From the human T2T-CHM13v2.0 reference genome, Homo sapiens: a stretch of DNA of 64,000 nucleotides. A program made the position numbers and the translations under genes. Each line of letters starts with the position of its first letter. The first letter of the stretch is position 1. The notes under the pieces were generated by a model that was given only the letters and a program-made list of their open reading frames with translations, was not told the DNA's origin and made no database searches. The stretch lies in assembly GCF_009914755.1 (NCBI RefSeq), contig NC_060932.1. One strand, written 5' to 3'. Shown here in pieces: positions 21,022-35,192 of the stretch.

Positions 21022-24000
21022 ATGATGGCACGTCGGGACCCCAAATCTTGGGCCAAGAGACTGGTGAGAGCCCAGACCCTCCAGAAGCAGCGGAGGGCCC
21101 CAGTTGGGCCAAGGGCTCCCCCGCCCGATGAAGAAGATCCCAGGGTAAGTGTAGCCCTGGATCTCTTGGGTATCTGGGTGGGGGTGGGGACGGGGGGAGG
21201 GGCTGTCCCACGGTCCTCAGAGACTGGGTTGGATTCCAAAGAGTTCTGTCACCACCAGCCAGGTTGCTTTTCCCATCCAAGGTGGGCGTGGCTTGGGACC
21301 TTCTCCCCGGCCCGATAGGTCCCTTGAGAGACTCTTGGGGGCAACCTCCCTTTCTACTTAGAGTCCTGTGTAGCCACGTTTGGCTGCGTTGTTGACATCG
21401 GCTTCACCATGGTGCCCCTTGGAACCTTGAGTCCTTCCTTTCAGAGTTCCTCCGTCACATGGGCTTTGCGAGGGAACATCGTATCCGAAGTCTCCCAGCA
21501 CTTAACGGCCCCCATGCCGGTGTCCCCTCTTTGGAATCCTTATTCAGCTCTGAATTCACAATCCGTCCCAATGTTGACGTGGGATCGCTGCCTGTGGCTT
21601 CAGCTCACTCACTGACATCACTTCCTTTCCACCCGCAGCTCAAGTGCAAAAACTGCGGGGCCTTTGGCCACACGGCCAGAAGTACCAGGTGCCCCATGAA
21701 GTGCTGGAAGGCAGCCCTGGTTCCAGCGACCTTGGGGAAAAAGGAAGGGAAGGAAAACCTGAAACCATGGAAGCCCCGGGGTGAAGCCAACCCGGGGCCC
21801 TTGAACAAGGATAAGGGAGAGAAGGAAGAGAGACCAAGGTGAGCAGTGGGAGGGGTTTTCACCACTCTTAGGGTACGGCCTCCCAAGGACATGGTGTCTC
21901 TGCACCTGCACACCGTGTGCCTTTCCGTCTCCGGGCCAGGGAAGGAACGCTGCAGAGAAATAGGCCGGAGCTCCGTGTCCTCCGGGGTTCCACACCCAGG
22001 AGCTCCTTGGGCTCTGGGAGATTCAGGGACGGGGAGAGGCGGGGGCGCTTCGTGCAGGTTCCCCACGACAGCGGGAAAAGCGATGGAATCCAAATCACAG
22101 TCCTTAGTTGGGAAGCCTAGAGGGCCACCTGGAGGATGGGAAGGTTGGCACGTGAGGGAAGGTGCAGAGGCGGAAAGGGCACCAGATGTCCATTTCTGTA
22201 TCACAAAACACGGAATGGGGCTGGGCCCCAGACGGGGTTCTCCCTGTCTCCTGGGGAAAACCAGGGGGCACGGCCTGACCTTCTTCTGTTCTGCAGGCAA
22301 CAAGACCCGCAGAGGAAGGCTCTCCTCCACATGTTTTCCGGGAAACCTCCAGAGAAGCCGCTGCCGAATGGAAAAGGATCCACGGAATCTTCTGATTATC
22401 TGAGGGCGAGTGTCACCCCGGGCCCCTGGTCTTTTTCTCCTCTAGGTCACCCTGGTTGATTTCCTTTCAGCTTCCCGTCTGCGGGAGGAAATCGGGGAAC
22501 CCCTCTTTCTTGCCTTCTTGGGGTCAGGGACTCCACGATCCTTCCAGGTCAATTGGATTCCAGGCGAAGGCATCTGAACATGCCGTATTTCCTGTTGCTT
22601 TCTTTCTGTCCAATTATGGCAAGCCTGCCAACAACACGTTCCTAGCGGCATGAGGAAATTAGTCCCTCAGAGGCCCCAAACGTGGAGAAGGCGAAACCCA
22701 GGAACATGCATGTGTTCAGAGAAGACGTCCCGAGTACCCTTGAGCCAGCAACCTGCCTTGGGAAGGGCATTAGTCCGTTCCACTTCATGGAAGGCTGAGT
22801 GGAGGCGCTTTGATCCAGTTAATGCCCAAGACGCGATCTTTTGAACAATGGTGTGCTTAGATCAGCTACACATAGCTCGAGAGCGCATCTTTCATGTGTC
22901 TTGTCCTGATCAGCACTCAGGTGGAGGGTCTGTCCCTACTTCCAAGGACCGCCTGTCGATACTGTACTAAGAATTTCATGGCGTGTGCACCTTGTCTTTG
23001 GATGTGCTTGATTTTCACGTTGGCTCCATGCTGAGGAACTTCTAACCTGTGTTGTTTCCTCTCTTTCAGGTTGCAAGCGGGCCAATGCCGGTCCACACAA
23101 CCAGTAAGAGGCCGCGCTTGGACCCTGTCCTCGCTGATCGCTCAGCTACCGCAATGTCTGGCAGGGGCTCCGTCTTGGCTTCACTGTCTCCCCTCAGAAA
23201 AGCCAGCCTGAGCTCCTCCTCAAGTCTTGGACCAAAGGAAAGACAGACAGGGGCTGCGGCCGACATGCCTCAGCCTGCAGTCAGGCACCAGGGCCGCGAG
23301 CCTCTCCTCGTGGTGAAGCCGACACACAGCCGCCCCGAGGGTGGCTGCCGAGAAGTTCCCCAGGCTGCCTCCAAAACCCACGGCCTGCTCCAGGCCGCCA
23401 GACCCCAGGCACAAGACAAACGTCCTGCGGTGACCTCACAGCCCTGCCCGCCAGCCGCCACACACAGCTTGGGCCTAGGCTCCAATCTCAGCTTCGGGCC
23501 AGGAGCCAAGAGACCTGCCCAGGCTCCGATTCAGGCTTGCCTGAACTTCCCCAAGAAACCGAGACTGGGTCCCTTCCAGATCCCCGAAAGCGCCATCCAG
23601 GGAGGTGAGCTGGGGGCCCCGGAGAATCTCCAACCTCCGCCAGCCGCAACCGAACTTGGACCAAGTACGTCGCCCCAGATGGGCAGGAGGACACCGGCCC
23701 AGGTGCCCAGCGTCGACCGGCAGCCTCCGCACAGCAGACCTTGCCTGCCTACTGCCCAGGCCTGCACCATGTCCCATCACTCAGCGGCCAGCCATGATGG
23801 GGCCCAGCCTCTCAGAGTGCTCTTCCGGAGACTGGAAAACGGACGCTGGAGCTCCAGCCTCCTGGCGGCCCCCTCATTTCACTCTCCTGAGAAGCCGGGA
23901 GCCTTCCTCGCTCAGAGCCCTCATGTGTCAGAGAAGTCTGAGGCTCCCTGTGTTCGTGTCCCACCGAGCGTCCTCTATGAGGACCTTCAGGTTTCCTCCT

Positions 24001-24032
24001 CCTCAGAGGACAGCGATTCTGACCTGGAGTGA
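21022..24032 (+). CDS. FAM90A: FAM90A family protein, 464 aa (copy G3)
   Basis: Exons 21022-21144, 21639-21838, 22297-22405, 23070-24032. Variants R24,P30,R367. Confidence 0.95.
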
Positions 24033-24646
24033 GACTGCAGGTGGCAGGGGCTCCTTGGCCTCCGGCTCCCGTGACTTGGAGGGGACTGTGGGACTGAGGA
24101 GCGCAGAGCAGAGAGCACACTCTGTGCGGTGACTCCGAAGCTCCCCGGCTGTGGCGCTTCTGTGGATGTGGGAGCCCAGGCCAGGCAGGGAGCAGATGCA
24201 GGGACTCTGCCTCATTGAATTCTGGTGAGGGACGTTGTAGTTGGCGTGGTTCTCCGGAAACGCGCCAGGAAAAGCTTCCGTGCCAGAGATTCGTTGCCTC
24301 AGAAACTGCGTGACGCGCAGGAGTCAGACTTCCGCTGGGACGTCAATAGGAAACTGGGGAATTACTGTGTATTTGCTCTCTAGATGACTGAATAAGGGAA
24401 AAGTTAGGGAACCCTGAGAGGTGCAGCCCTTCCGCTGTGCCCCGCCCTGAGAGCAGTGTTTCGGACGCTGGGAAGCGTGCTGTGCGAAGCGCTCTCGGGG
24501 TCTTTCCTCAGCCTCGAAAACTGGGCTCTGGAATGCCTTTGTACATATGTGTGTTTCATTGGTTTTGAAGTGAATAAAATTCTCAAAAAGATGACATATT
24601 GTCTTTTGACTCTCATTCCGTGTTTGTGTGTAACTGATTTTCCAAG

Positions 24647-25679
24647 TGAAGGGGTGGCCTGCCCCTCCACACCTGTGGGTGTTTCTAGTCGGGTGGGATG
24701 AGAGACGGAGAAAAGAAATAAGACACAGAGACAAAGTATAGGGAGACAACAGTGGGTCCAGGGGACCGGCACTCAGCACACCTAGGACCTGCACCGGCAC
24801 CGGCCTCTGAGTTCCCGCAGTTTTTATTGATTGTGATTTTCATTATTTCAGCACAAAGGAATGCAGTAGGGGAGCAGGGTGATAATAAGGGGAAGGTCAA
24901 CAAAAACAACACAAAACAAACACGTGAGCAAAAGAATCCATATCATTATTAAGTTCAAGGGAAGGTACTATGCCTGGACGTGCACGTAGGCCAGATTTAT
25001 GTTTCTCTCCACACAAATATCTCAGCGGAGTAAAGAATAACAAGGCAGCATTACTGCCAACATGTCTCGCCTCCCGCCACAGGGCAGCTTTTCTCCGAGC
25101 TCAGAGTTGAACAAATGTACGATCGGGCTTTACACCGAGACATTCAGTTCCCAGGGGCAAGCAGGAGACAGTGGCCTTCCTCCATCTGAACTGCAAGAGG
25201 CGTTCCTCTTTGACTAATCCACCTCAGCACAGACCCATTGCGGGTGTCAGGCTGGGGGACATTCAGGACTTTCCCATCCCACGAGGCCATATTTCAGACT
25301 GTCACATGGGGAGAAACCTTGGACAATACCCTGCTATCAAGGGCAGAGGTCCCTGTGGCTTTCCACGGTGCATTGCGCCCCTGGTTTATTGAGACTAGAG
25401 AATGGCAATGACTTCTACCAAGTATACTGCTCGTAAACATTTGGTTAACAAGGCGCGTCCTGCACAGCCCCAGATCCCTTAAACCTCGATTTTATACAAC
25501 ACAGGTTTTTGTGAGCTCCAAGTTGGGTCAAAGGAAGGGGCTGCGGCAAGGCAACAAATGAACAACATCTCAGCAAAGCAATTGTTTAAACTACAGGTCT
25601 TTTTCAAAATGGAGTCTCTTATGTCTTCCCCTTCTACATAGACACAGTGACAGTCTGATCTCTCTTTCTTTACCCTACA
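24647..25679 (-). mobile_element. Solo HERV-K(HML-2) LTR5A-like (copy)
   Basis: Same termini and TCCAAG TSD. Confidence 0.93.
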
Positions 25680-27427
25680 TCCAAGGGCTTGAACATTTCT
25701 TGACTTGTTGGCAATCCAAATCGTTACGTCTCCGAAACAGAGTTGACTGAGGGGACCGCAGGGCTGGGCAGGACCTTTGACTTCCTATACATCCACAGGA
25801 GCAAGAAAACCTCAGCCCCACTCTACCAACACGCACCTAGTAAAATTCCGCCAACCGCATCTCACGCACGCTAACACGTGGGGAGCGTTGCTTGCACCAC
25901 GAGTCCCCATTTGGCTCAACCGCCGATGCCAAGTGTGTGGTTCCAGTTGCGACGGCCCCCCGTGAAGTGGCTTCCGGATGTGCGAAGGAACCAGGCAGAG
26001 TTTCACTGGCCAAATAGACCCCAGCAAAGCTGAAGTTAACTCCCACATTTGGGATGTACTTCAGAGGTAAAACATTCATCCCGTCTTCTTTCCGGATGTC
26101 TGACACCATGGTTCTCCCCCTGATCCTAAGAGTAGCTGAGGCAGAGACTCACTGAAAGATCTAGGCGGGGATATCCCATCATGCACAGGCTCTCTCCATT
26201 CTCTGACCTGGGAACAACTCTCAGCAGGATTCCACATCTAGGAGGCCTCGGAACTCAGCGGGATTTTCTGAGACACACCAACTGGCTGCTCCCTCTCCGC
26301 CGCTGTTGAGGGTCGTTATCTTGATTATCCAGATCACCTAGAAAGTATCCGTATCCAGAATGAATAAGATCAACTCTCTGCTCCTCTGACAGCAGAAGGA
26401 GCAGGACCGTAAGGAACCAAAGAGCGTGGAAGGAAACGATGTGACAGGAAAGCTCAGAGAACGGCCACAGGGGGTCGTCAGCAGGCCTTCCAACCTGAAT
26501 CATGAATAATTAATGAAGCGCAAATCAAAGGGGACTCGAGTTTCAGCAGGAGCAATTCATCCAACGGGAGATCGCCGGAGGGCCAACAAGATTGAGTGAC
26601 TGGGAGCCGGGTGCAGTGTCAAAGGGGACGCGACTGGTTCCAAAGCTCGAGAAGACCATGGGGTCACTTGGGCTACATGAGAAAACGCCCCAGTGTGCTG
26701 GTTCATCATTCCGACTCCTGCCTGTCTCTTCCCGTCCAAGGAACATGGACCCTAAGTCGTGCAGGTGCGGATGACCATGGGCAGAATTAGGGGCCGTGGC
26801 ACAAAAGTTCACCGACACGGGAGTTCCACAGAAGGTGCGGTGGATCTTCGCAAATCCAGAGACATGGCAATGGGACCCAGGGAATTACAGCCTCACAGGC
26901 GTCCGGGAGACTTTTCAGGCATAATGCCTGGAGTCGCAAGAGGAGCTGAAAAAGGAGCCAGGCACTGAAGGACAAAGCGTTGTTGACTTTCCTCATCTGT
27001 GTTTCCCAGTGCGGTCCAATTCACGGTTGTTTCCAAGCGCCTCCTGGGGGAGAAAACACATGAGGGTGCGGTCAGGGTTCTCTGCTGACAGACTTACCTT
27101 GGGGAAGAAAGAGAAGCTCTGAAGATGGATCATGGCCGTGACTGCATGTCAAGGAGAGTCTCCTTGATGACACTGAGGCCTACGTCGAGATAGACAAAAT
27201 GTGGTCCAATTAAAAGGTGTCTATTTTACCACATTTTTTAAAACAAAACAAAACAAAACAACAAAAAAGATGGAAAAGAAGACAGGGGTACAGGCACCAG
27301 TGTTACATGTCTGACGGGGAACATCTATTGTTCAAAGCTTGCAGCTGTACAAGTAGGTTTTAGAATGTCTGTCAGCAGTGGACATGATCTTAGAGTGGGC
27401 TGTGCAGATAGACCTTTCCAGGTCATG

Positions 27428-27544
27428 TAATTGGATTAAGTTAATTGCAATTAAGGTACAGGTAACTGATTAGGTTAGGGTACGTTCCATGTCAGGTGAC
27501 CAGAGGCAGTATAAAAGGCAGCCTGGAAAGCGGAGGTCCCTCTC
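27428..27544 (+). promoter_or_regulatory. Putative FAM90A core promoter (G4), canonical TATAAAAG
   Basis: DUX4-type motif 27467-27477; TATAAAAG 27510-27517. Confidence 0.75.
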
Positions 27545-28669
27545 TGCCCCTTCCTCCGTCGTCCTGGATGCTGCATCGCTTCCAGCCGGGCTGCTGCAGC
27601 ACCTGCCCATCTCAGCGCCAGCCTGGGAAAGAAAGTAGACGTGTAATTTCAGGTTGGTTTCGCTGAACAATTGTTTGTTTCACGCAATCCCTGAGGGGTT
27701 TTTGCGGGGGGTGTGGGGGAGGAAGAGACAAAGGAGGCCGAAAGAAACCGATCACACTGGGGCTTGCTGGTGGGGTAGGATGTGTTCTCGTTACTAGTAA
27801 TTCTTGGAACAGAAAACGAGAAAACATATCCGTCTCCACGTGTGGGAGAAGACCAAGATGGGAATGGGAAAAGAAATGTACTGCAGCATGCTGAATTGGT
27901 GGGTAAATGGAAAAAGGACTTTGGAAAAAAGGGGGGTTTGCCCTTCAGCCGTGTAAGACGTCGATACGATACGGCACTTCTTCCCCGTTTGTTCAGATGA
28001 ATTCGTGTGGTGTGCGTAAAATACCAGGAAAATAAATAAAGAGGGGCTGGAGCTAAAGCCAAAAGATAGAACAGGAAAGATCCTCACCTGCTAGTGCGGT
28101 AGAGAGGAAGGTAACTTCTCTGTATGAATTTGTGCTTGGAAGTTGCCTAATGAAATGGCAAGAGTAGCGATTCAAGTTGTCACAGGAAGCATCCCTTATC
28201 CGTGACTTCAAGCAGACCTGCCAAAGGGTGGCACACGCCATGCCCTGTGTCTTCGATCATTCTGTCCGTCAAGGGAGATAGAATCACCGTGTCTTCTACC
28301 GGAGTGAATCGTGAGAGACCTAAGTCCAGTCTCCAGAATCAGTTGTTTGTTTGGGGTTGAAAGCTCAACCCCCCCATACCTAGGCCACGGGCCCTGTGGC
28401 AGGTGGGGTTTACTCTTGGACTAGGTAGTCATGGCAGAGGAACACACAATATCCGAGGATGCGCACAGCACATTGTGTTCTACAGATTTGACCGACTGGT
28501 GGTGAGGTCTCCTCATGACCACACAGGCAGGGAGTTAGCAGGTGGCTTCCTGTGGGTGTGTGAATATCCAACGTGCTTAACCATCGACATGTGTGTGTTT
28601 GTGTGTGTTTCAGGTGGCCCAACAGTCCACCCCTGAAAAAGGCGGTCATAAAACCCCCAGGAGACGAAG

Positions 28670-31600
28670 ATGATGGCACGTCGGGACCCCAAATCTTGGG
28701 CCAAGAGACTGGTGAGAGCCCAGACCCTCCAGAAGCAGCGGAGGGCCCCAGTTGGGCGAAGGGCTCCCCCGCCCGATGAAGAAGATCCCAGGGTAAGTGT
28801 AGCCCTGGATCTCTTGGGTATCGGGGTGGGGGTGGGGACGGGGGGAGGGGGTGTCCCACGGTCCTCAGAGACTGGGTTGGATTCCAAAGAGTTCTGTCAC
28901 CACCAGCCAGGTTGCTTTTCCCATCCAAGGTGGGCGTGGCTTGGGACCTTCTCCCCGGCCCGATAGGTCCCTTGAGAGACTCTTGGGGGCAACCTCCCTT
29001 TCTACTTAGAGTCCTGTGTAGCCACGTTTGGCTGCGTTGTTGACATCGGCTTCACCATCGTGCCCCTTGGAACCTTGAGTCCTTCCTTTCAGAGTTCCTC
29101 CGTCACATGGGCTTTGCGAGGGAACATCGCATCCGAACTCTCCCAGCACTTAACGGCCCCCATGCCGGTGTCCCCTCTTTGGAATCCTTATTCAGCTCTG
29201 AATTCACAATCCGTCCCAATGTTGACGTGGGATCGCTGCCTGTGGCTTCAGCTCACTCACTGACATCACTTCCTTTCCACCCGCAGCTCAAGTGCAAAAA
29301 CTGCGGGGCCTTTGGCCACACGGCCAGAAGTACCAGGTGCCCCATGAAGTGCTGGAAGGCAGCCCTGGTTCCAGCGACCTTGGGGAAAAAGGAAGGGAAG
29401 GAAAACCTGAAACCATGGAAGCCCCGGGGTGAAGCCAACCCGGGGCCCTTGAACAAGGATAAGGGAGAGAAGGAAGAGAGACCAAGGTGAGCAGTGGGAG
29501 GGGTTTTCACCACTCTTAGGGTACGGCCTCCCAAGGACATGGTGTCTCTGCACCTGCACACCGTGTGCCTTTCCGTCTCCGGGCCAGGGAAGGAACGCTG
29601 CAGAGAAATAGGCCGGAGCTCCGTGTCCTCCGGGGTTCCACACCCAGGAGCTCCTTGGGCTCTGGGAGATTCAGGGACGGGGAGAGGCGGGGGCGCTTCG
29701 TGCAGGTTCCCCACGACAGCGGGAAAAGCGATGGAATCCAAATCACAGTCCTTAGTTGGGAAGCCTAGAGGGCCACCTGGAGGATGGGAAGGTTGGCACG
29801 TGAGGGAAGGTGCAGAGGCGGAAAGGGCACCAGATGTCCATTTCTGTATCACAAAACACGGAATGGGGCTGGGCCCCAGACGGGGTTCTCCCTGTCTCCT
29901 GGGGAAAACCAGGGGGCACGGCCTGACCTTCTTCTGTTCTGCAGGCAACAAGACCCGCAGAGGAAGGCTCTCCTCCACATGTTTTCCGGGAAACCTCCAG
30001 AGAAGCCGCTGCCGAATGGAAAAGGATCCACGGAATCTTCTGATTATCTGAGGGCGAGTGTCACCCCGGGCCCCTGGTCTTTTTCTCCTCTAGGTCACCC
30101 TGGTTGATTTCCTTTCAGCTTCCCGTCTGCGGGAGGAAATCGGGGAACCCCTCTTTCTTGCCTTCTTGGGGTCAGGGACTCCACGATCCTTCCAGGTCAA
30201 TTGGATTCCAGGCGAAGGCATCTGAACATGCCGTATTTCCTGTTGCTTTCTTTCTGTCCAATTATGGCAAGCCTGCCAACAACACGTTCCTAGCGGCATG
30301 AGGAAATTAGTCCCTCAGAGGCCCCAAACGTGGAGAAGGCGAAACCCAGGAACATGCATGTGTTCAGAGAAGACGTCCCGAGTACCCTTGAGCCAGCAAC
30401 CTGCCTTGGGAAGGGCATTAGTCCGTTCCACTTCATGGAAGGCTGAGTGGAGGCGCTTTGATCCAGTTAATGCCCAAGACGCGATCTTTTGAACAATGGT
30501 GTGCTTAGATCAGCTACACATAGCTCGAGAGCGCATCTTTCATGTGTCTTGTCCTGATCAGCACTCAGGTGGAGGGTCTGTCCCTACTTCCAAGGACCGC
30601 CTGTCGATACTGTACTAAGAATTTCATGGCGTGTGCACCTTGTCTTTGGATGTGCTTGATTTTCACGTTGGCTCCATGCTGAGGAACTTCTAACCTGTGT
30701 TGTTTCCTCTCTTTCAGGTTGCAAGCGGGCCAATGCCGGTCCACACAACCAGTAAGAGGCCGCGCTTGGACCCTGTCCTCGCTGATCGCTCAGCTACCGC
30801 AATGTCTGGCAGGGGCTCCGTCTTGGCTTCACTGTCTCCCCTCAGAAAAGCCAGCCTGAGCTCCTCCTCAAGTCTTGGACCAAAGGAAAGACAGACAGGG
30901 GCTGCGGCCGACATGCCTCAGCCTGCAGTCAGGCACCAGGGCCGCGAGCCTCTCCTCGTGGTGAAGCCGACACACAGCCGCCCCGAGGGTGGCTGCCGAG
31001 AAGTTCCCCAGGCTGCCTCCAAAACCCACGGCCTGCTCCAGGCCGCCAGACCCCAGGCACAAGACAAACGTCCTGCGGTGACCTCACAGCCCTGCCCGCC
31101 AGCCGCCACACACAGCTTGGGCCTAGGCTCCAATCTCAGCTTCGGGCCAGGAGCCAAGAGACCTGCCCAGGCTCCGATTCAGGCTTGCCTGAACTTCCCC
31201 AAGAAACCGAGACTGGGTCCCTTCCAGATCCCCGAAAGCGCCATCCAGGGAGGTGAGCTGGGGGCCCCGGAGAATCTCCAACCTCCGCCAGCCGCAACCG
31301 AACTTGGACCAAGTACGTCGCCCCAGATGGGCAGGAGGACACCGGCCCAGGTGCCCAGCGTCGACCGGCAGCCTCCGCACAGCAGACCTTGCCTGCCTAC
31401 TGCCCAGGCCTGCACCATGTCCCATCACTCAGCGGCCAGCCATGATGGGGCCCAGCCTCTCAGAGTGCTCTTCCGGAGACTGGAAAACGGACGCTGGAGC
31501 TCCAGCCTCCTGGCGGCCCCCTCATTTCACTCTCCTGAGAAGCCGGGAGCCTTCCTCGCTCAGAGCCCTCATGTGTCAGAGAAGTCTGAGGCTCCCTGTG

Positions 31601-31680
31601 TTCGTGTCCCACCGAGCGTCCTCTATGAGGACCTTCAGGTTTCCTCCTCCTCAGAGGACAGCGATTCTGACCTGGAGTGA
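28670..31680 (+). CDS. FAM90A: FAM90A family protein, 464 aa (copy G4)
   Basis: Exons 28670-28792, 29287-29486, 29945-30053, 30718-31680. Variants R24,R30,R367. Confidence 0.95.
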
Positions 31681-32294
31681 GACTGCAGGTGGCAGGGGCT
31701 CCTTGGCCTCCGGCTCCCGTGACTTGGAGGGGACTGTGGGACTGAGGAGCGCAGAGCAGAGAGCACACTCTGTGCGGTGACTCCGAAGCTCCCCGGCTGT
31801 GGCGCTTCTGTGGATGTGGGAGCCCAGGCCAGGCAGGGAGCAGATGCAGGGACTCTGCCTCATTGAATTCTGGTGAGGGACGTTGTAGTTGGCGTGGTTC
31901 TCCGGAAACGCGCCAGGAAAAGCTTCCGTGCCAGAGATTCGTTGCCTCAGAAACTGCGTGACGCGCAGGAGTCAGACTTCCGCTGGGACGTCAATAGGAA
32001 ACTGGGGAATTACTGTGTATTTGCTCTCTAGATGACTGAATAAGGGAAAAGTTAGGGAACCCTGAGAGGTGCAGCCCTTCCGCTGTGCCCCGCCCTGAGA
32101 GCAGAGTTTCGGACGCTGGGAAGCGTGCTGTGCGAAGCGCTCTCGGGGTCTTTCCTCAGCCTCGAAAACTGGGCTCTGGAATGCCTTTGTACATATGTGT
32201 GTTTCATTGGTTTTGAAGTGAATAAAATTCTCAAAAAGATGACATATTGTCTTTTGACTCTCATTCCGTGTTTGTGTGTAACTGATTTTCCAAG

Positions 32295-33327
32295 TGAAGG
32301 GGTGGCCTGCCCCTCCACACCTGTGGGTGTTTCTAGTCGGGTGGGATGAGAGACGGAGAAAAGAAATAAGACACAGAGACAAAGTATAGGGAGACAACAG
32401 TGGGTCCAGGGGACCGGCACTCAGCACACCTAGGACCTGCACTGGCACCGGCCTCTGAGTTCCCGCAGTTTTTATTGATTGTGATTTTCATTATTTCAGC
32501 ACAAAGGAATGCAGTAGGGGAGCAGGGTGATAATAAGGGGAAGGTCAACAAAAACAACACAAAACAAACACGTGAGCAAAAGAATCCATATCATTATTAA
32601 GTTCAAGGGAAGGTACTATGCCTGGACGTGCACGTAGGCCAGATTTATGTTTCTCTCCACACAAATATCTCAGCGGAGTAAAGAATAACAAGGCAGCATT
32701 ACTGCCAACATGTCTCGCCTCCCGCCACAGGGCAGCTTTTCTCCGAGCTCAGAGTTGAACAAATGTACGATCGGGCTTTACACCGAGACATTCAGTTCCC
32801 AGGGGCAAGCAGGAGACAGTGGCCTTCCTCCATCTGAACTGCAAGAGGCGTTCCTCTTTGACTAATCCACCTCAGCACAGACCCATTGCGGGTGTCAGGC
32901 TGGGGGACATTCAGGACTTTCCCATCCCACGAGGCCATATTTCAGACTGTCACATGGGGAGAAACCTTGGACAATACCCTGCTATCAAGGGCAGAGGTCC
33001 CTGTGGCTTTCCACGGTGCATTGCGCCCCTGGTTTATTGAGACTAGAGAATGGCAATGACTTCTACCAAGTATACTGCTCGTAAACATTTGGTTAACAAG
33101 GCGCGTCCTGCACAGCCCCAGATCCCTTAAACCTCGATTTTATACAACACAGGTTTTTGTGAGCTCCAAGTTGGGTCAAAGGAAGGGGCTGCGGCAAGGC
33201 AACAAATGAACAACATCTCAGCAAAGCAATTGTTTAAAGTACAGGTCTTTTTCAAAATGGAGTCTCTTATGTCTTCCCCTTCTACATAGACACAGTGACA
33301 GTCTGATCTCTCTTTCTTTACCCTACA
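32295..33327 (-). mobile_element. Solo HERV-K(HML-2) LTR5A-like (copy)
   Basis: Same termini and TCCAAG TSD. Confidence 0.93.
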
Positions 33328-35075
33328 TCCAAGGGCTTGAACATTTCTTGACTTGTTGGCAATCCAAATCGTTACGTCTCCGAAACAGAGTTGACTGAGG
33401 GGACCGCAGGGCTGGGCAGGACCTTTGACTTCCTATACATCCACAGGAGCAAGAAAACCTCAGCCCCACTCTACCAACACGCACCTAGTAAAATTCCGCC
33501 AACCGCATCTCACGCACGCTAACACGTGGGGAGCGTTGCTTGCACCACGAGTCCCCATTTGGCTCAACCGCCGATGCCAAGTGTGTGGTTCCAGTTGCGA
33601 CGGCCCCCCGTGAAGTGGCTTCCGGATGTGCGAAGGAACCAGGCAGAGTTTCACTGGCCAAATAGACCCCAGCAAAGCTGAAGTTAACTCCCACATTTGG
33701 GATGTACTTCAGAGGTAAAACATTCATCCCGTCTTCTTTCCGGATGTCTGACACCATGGTTCTCCCCCTGATCCTAAGAGTAGCTGAGGCAGAGACTCAC
33801 TGAAAGATCTAGGCGGGGATATCCCATCATGCACAGGCTCTCTCCATTCTCTGACCTGGGAACAACTCTCAGCAGGATTCCACATCTAGGAGGCCTCGGA
33901 ACTCAGCGGGATTTTCTGAGACACACCAACTGGCTGCTCCCTCTCCGCCGCTGTTGAGGGTCGTTATCTTGATTATCCAGATCACCTAGAAAGTATCCGT
34001 ATCCAGAATGAATAAGATCAACTCTCTGCTCCTCTGACAGCAGAAGGAGCAGGACCGTAAGGAACCAAAGAGCGTGGAAGGAAACGATGTGACAGGAAAG
34101 CTCAGAGAACGGCCACAGGGGGTCGTCAGCAGGCCTTCCAACCTGAATCATGAATAATTAATGAAGCGCAAATCAAAGGGGACTCGAGTTTCAGCAGGAG
34201 CAATTCATCCAACGGGAGATCGCCGGAGGGCCAACAAGATTGAGTGACTGGGAGCCGGGTGCAGTGTCAAAGGGGACGCGACTGGTTCCAAAGCTCGAGA
34301 AGACCATGGGGTCACTTGGGCTACATGAGAAAACGCCCCAGTGTGCTGGTTCATCATTCCGACTCCTGCCTGTCTCTTCCCGTCCAAGGAACATGGACCC
34401 TAAGTCGTGCAGGTGCGGATGACCATGGGCAGAATTAGGGGCCGTGGCACAAAAGTTCACCGACACGGGAGTTCCACAGAAGGTGCGGTGGATCTTCGCA
34501 AATCCAGAGACATGGCAATGGGACCCAGGGAATTACAGCCTCACAGGCGTCCGGGAGACTTTTCAGGCATAATGCCTGGAGTCGCAAGAGGAGCTGAAAA
34601 AGGAGCCAGGCACTGAAGGACAAAGCGTTGTTGACTTTCCTCATCTGTGTTTCCCAGTGCGGTCCAATTCACGGTGGTTTCCAAGCGCCTCCTGGGGGAG
34701 AAAACACATGAGGGTGCGGTCAGGGTTCTCTGCTGACAGACTTACCTTGGGGAAGAAAGAGAAGCTCTGAAGATGGATCATGGCCGTGACTGCATGTCAA
34801 GGAGAGTCTCCTTGATGACACTGAGGCCTACGTCGAGATAGACAAAATGTGGTCCAATTAAAAGGTGTCTATTTTACCACATTTTTTAAAACAAAACAAA
34901 ACAAAACAACAAAAAAGATGGAAAAGAAGACAGGGGTACAGGCATCAGTGTTACATGTCTGACGGGGAACATCTATTGTTCAAAGCTTGCAGCTGTACAA
35001 GTAGGTTTTAGAATGTCTGTCAGCAGTGGACATGATCTTAGAGTGGGCTGTGCAGATAGACCTTTCCAGGTCATG

Positions 35076-35192
35076 TAATTGGATTAAGTTAATTGCAATT
35101 AAGGTACAGGTAACTGATTAGGTTAGGGTACGTTCCATGTCAGGTGACCAGAGGCAGTATGAAAGGCAGCCTGGAAAGCGGAGGTCCCTCTC
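35076..35192 (+). promoter_or_regulatory. Putative FAM90A core promoter (G5), variant TATGAAAG
   Basis: DUX4-type motif 35115-35125; TATGAAAG 35158-35165. Confidence 0.7.
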